DNA of 63,602 nt, the filler included, from Bigelowiella natans CCMP2755 (Eukaryota; Protista; Cercozoa): NCBI GenBank assembly GCA_000320545.1. It is 6 parts of 6 records of this genome, joined end to end, with 100 filler letters (N's around TTAATTAATTAA, not from the genome) between each part and the next. Parts side by side here need not be neighbours in the genome. Positions count along the whole stretch, not along the records: positions 62,523 to 63,602 come from ADNK01001962.1; 5 more parts are not named here. One strand, given 5' to 3'. Shown here piece after piece: positions 63,302-63,602 of this stretch. Every line of letters starts with the position of its first letter. The stretch's first letter is position 1. The notes under the pieces are model-generated. The model saw nothing but the letters and a program-made list of their open reading frames with translations, ran no database searches and was not told the DNA's origin. The position numbers and the translations under genes are program-made.

Positions 63302-63512
63302 CCAGTGAGGCATCTTCCTTAGCATCATCACGTACCATCGTTCACCTCCCCTCGCCCCCCGCCCCCCTTCTTCTTTTCACGCTCAGTTGCGGTCGATCGT
63401 GCTGCAAATGGTGCAGGGGGGCAGTGCCAAGAAAGAGGAGGCCGAGGAATCGACAGCAGCAGCCAGAGCACCTGCCCTCCCGCTAACAAAGGATGCAAAG
63501 TACACTTTCATC
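62821..63512 (+). CDS. Guanylate-binding protein (GBP)-like GTPase, internal exons
   Basis: VEHLNQIRTHL|...QPHLERTKLCDLSPQELDPKY...|LRSIV resembles the plant/algal GBP-like motif QPHLxRTKLCD. Confidence 0.65.
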
Positions 63513-63602
63513 GTAGGAGGAGCTCTAGCATCTTCTTTCCTCGATTTGCTACTGATTATGGTCATAATCTTTTAACAATTTCTTCCCCCCCCTCCCCCCC
63601 CC

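Overview
Eukaryotic, intron-dense genomic DNA with microsatellite-rich introns. It is six unrelated contigs joined by artificial 100-nt N/TTAATTAATTAA/N linkers, so adjacency across linkers is meaningless. Two plastid-type proteins carry signal-peptide plus transit-like leaders, which suggests a secondary-plastid alga; a chlorarachniophyte-like organism is my inference. Spliced genes I could reconstruct: a bacterial-type PTS EIIC-like transporter, a TPM-RING fusion, an S1-FHA protein, an alpha/beta hydrolase, an ankyrin/kinase/RBR-like gene, an Aat-like L/F-transferase, importin-9-like, RLP24, a NOMO-like 3' end, a divergent alpha-tubulin, a fibrillin, AP-4 beta and a GBP-like fragment. There is also an endogenous Polinton-like/NCLDV-type viral relic and a truncated LINE. 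Two signals stand out. (1) Localized TpA-to-TpG/CpA hypermutation, the opposite direction to fungal RIP, that spares CTA/TAG contexts. It affects the viral relic, the LINE and convergent intergenic regions, and is directly visible between two copies of a tandem repeat. (2) A one-ankyrin-repeat-per-exon array with near-identical introns but hypervariable binding-surface codons, apparently spliced to a kinase and RBR-like ligase; this is a candidate diversifying sensor. All counts were made by eye and all family assignments come from remembered motifs, not searches.
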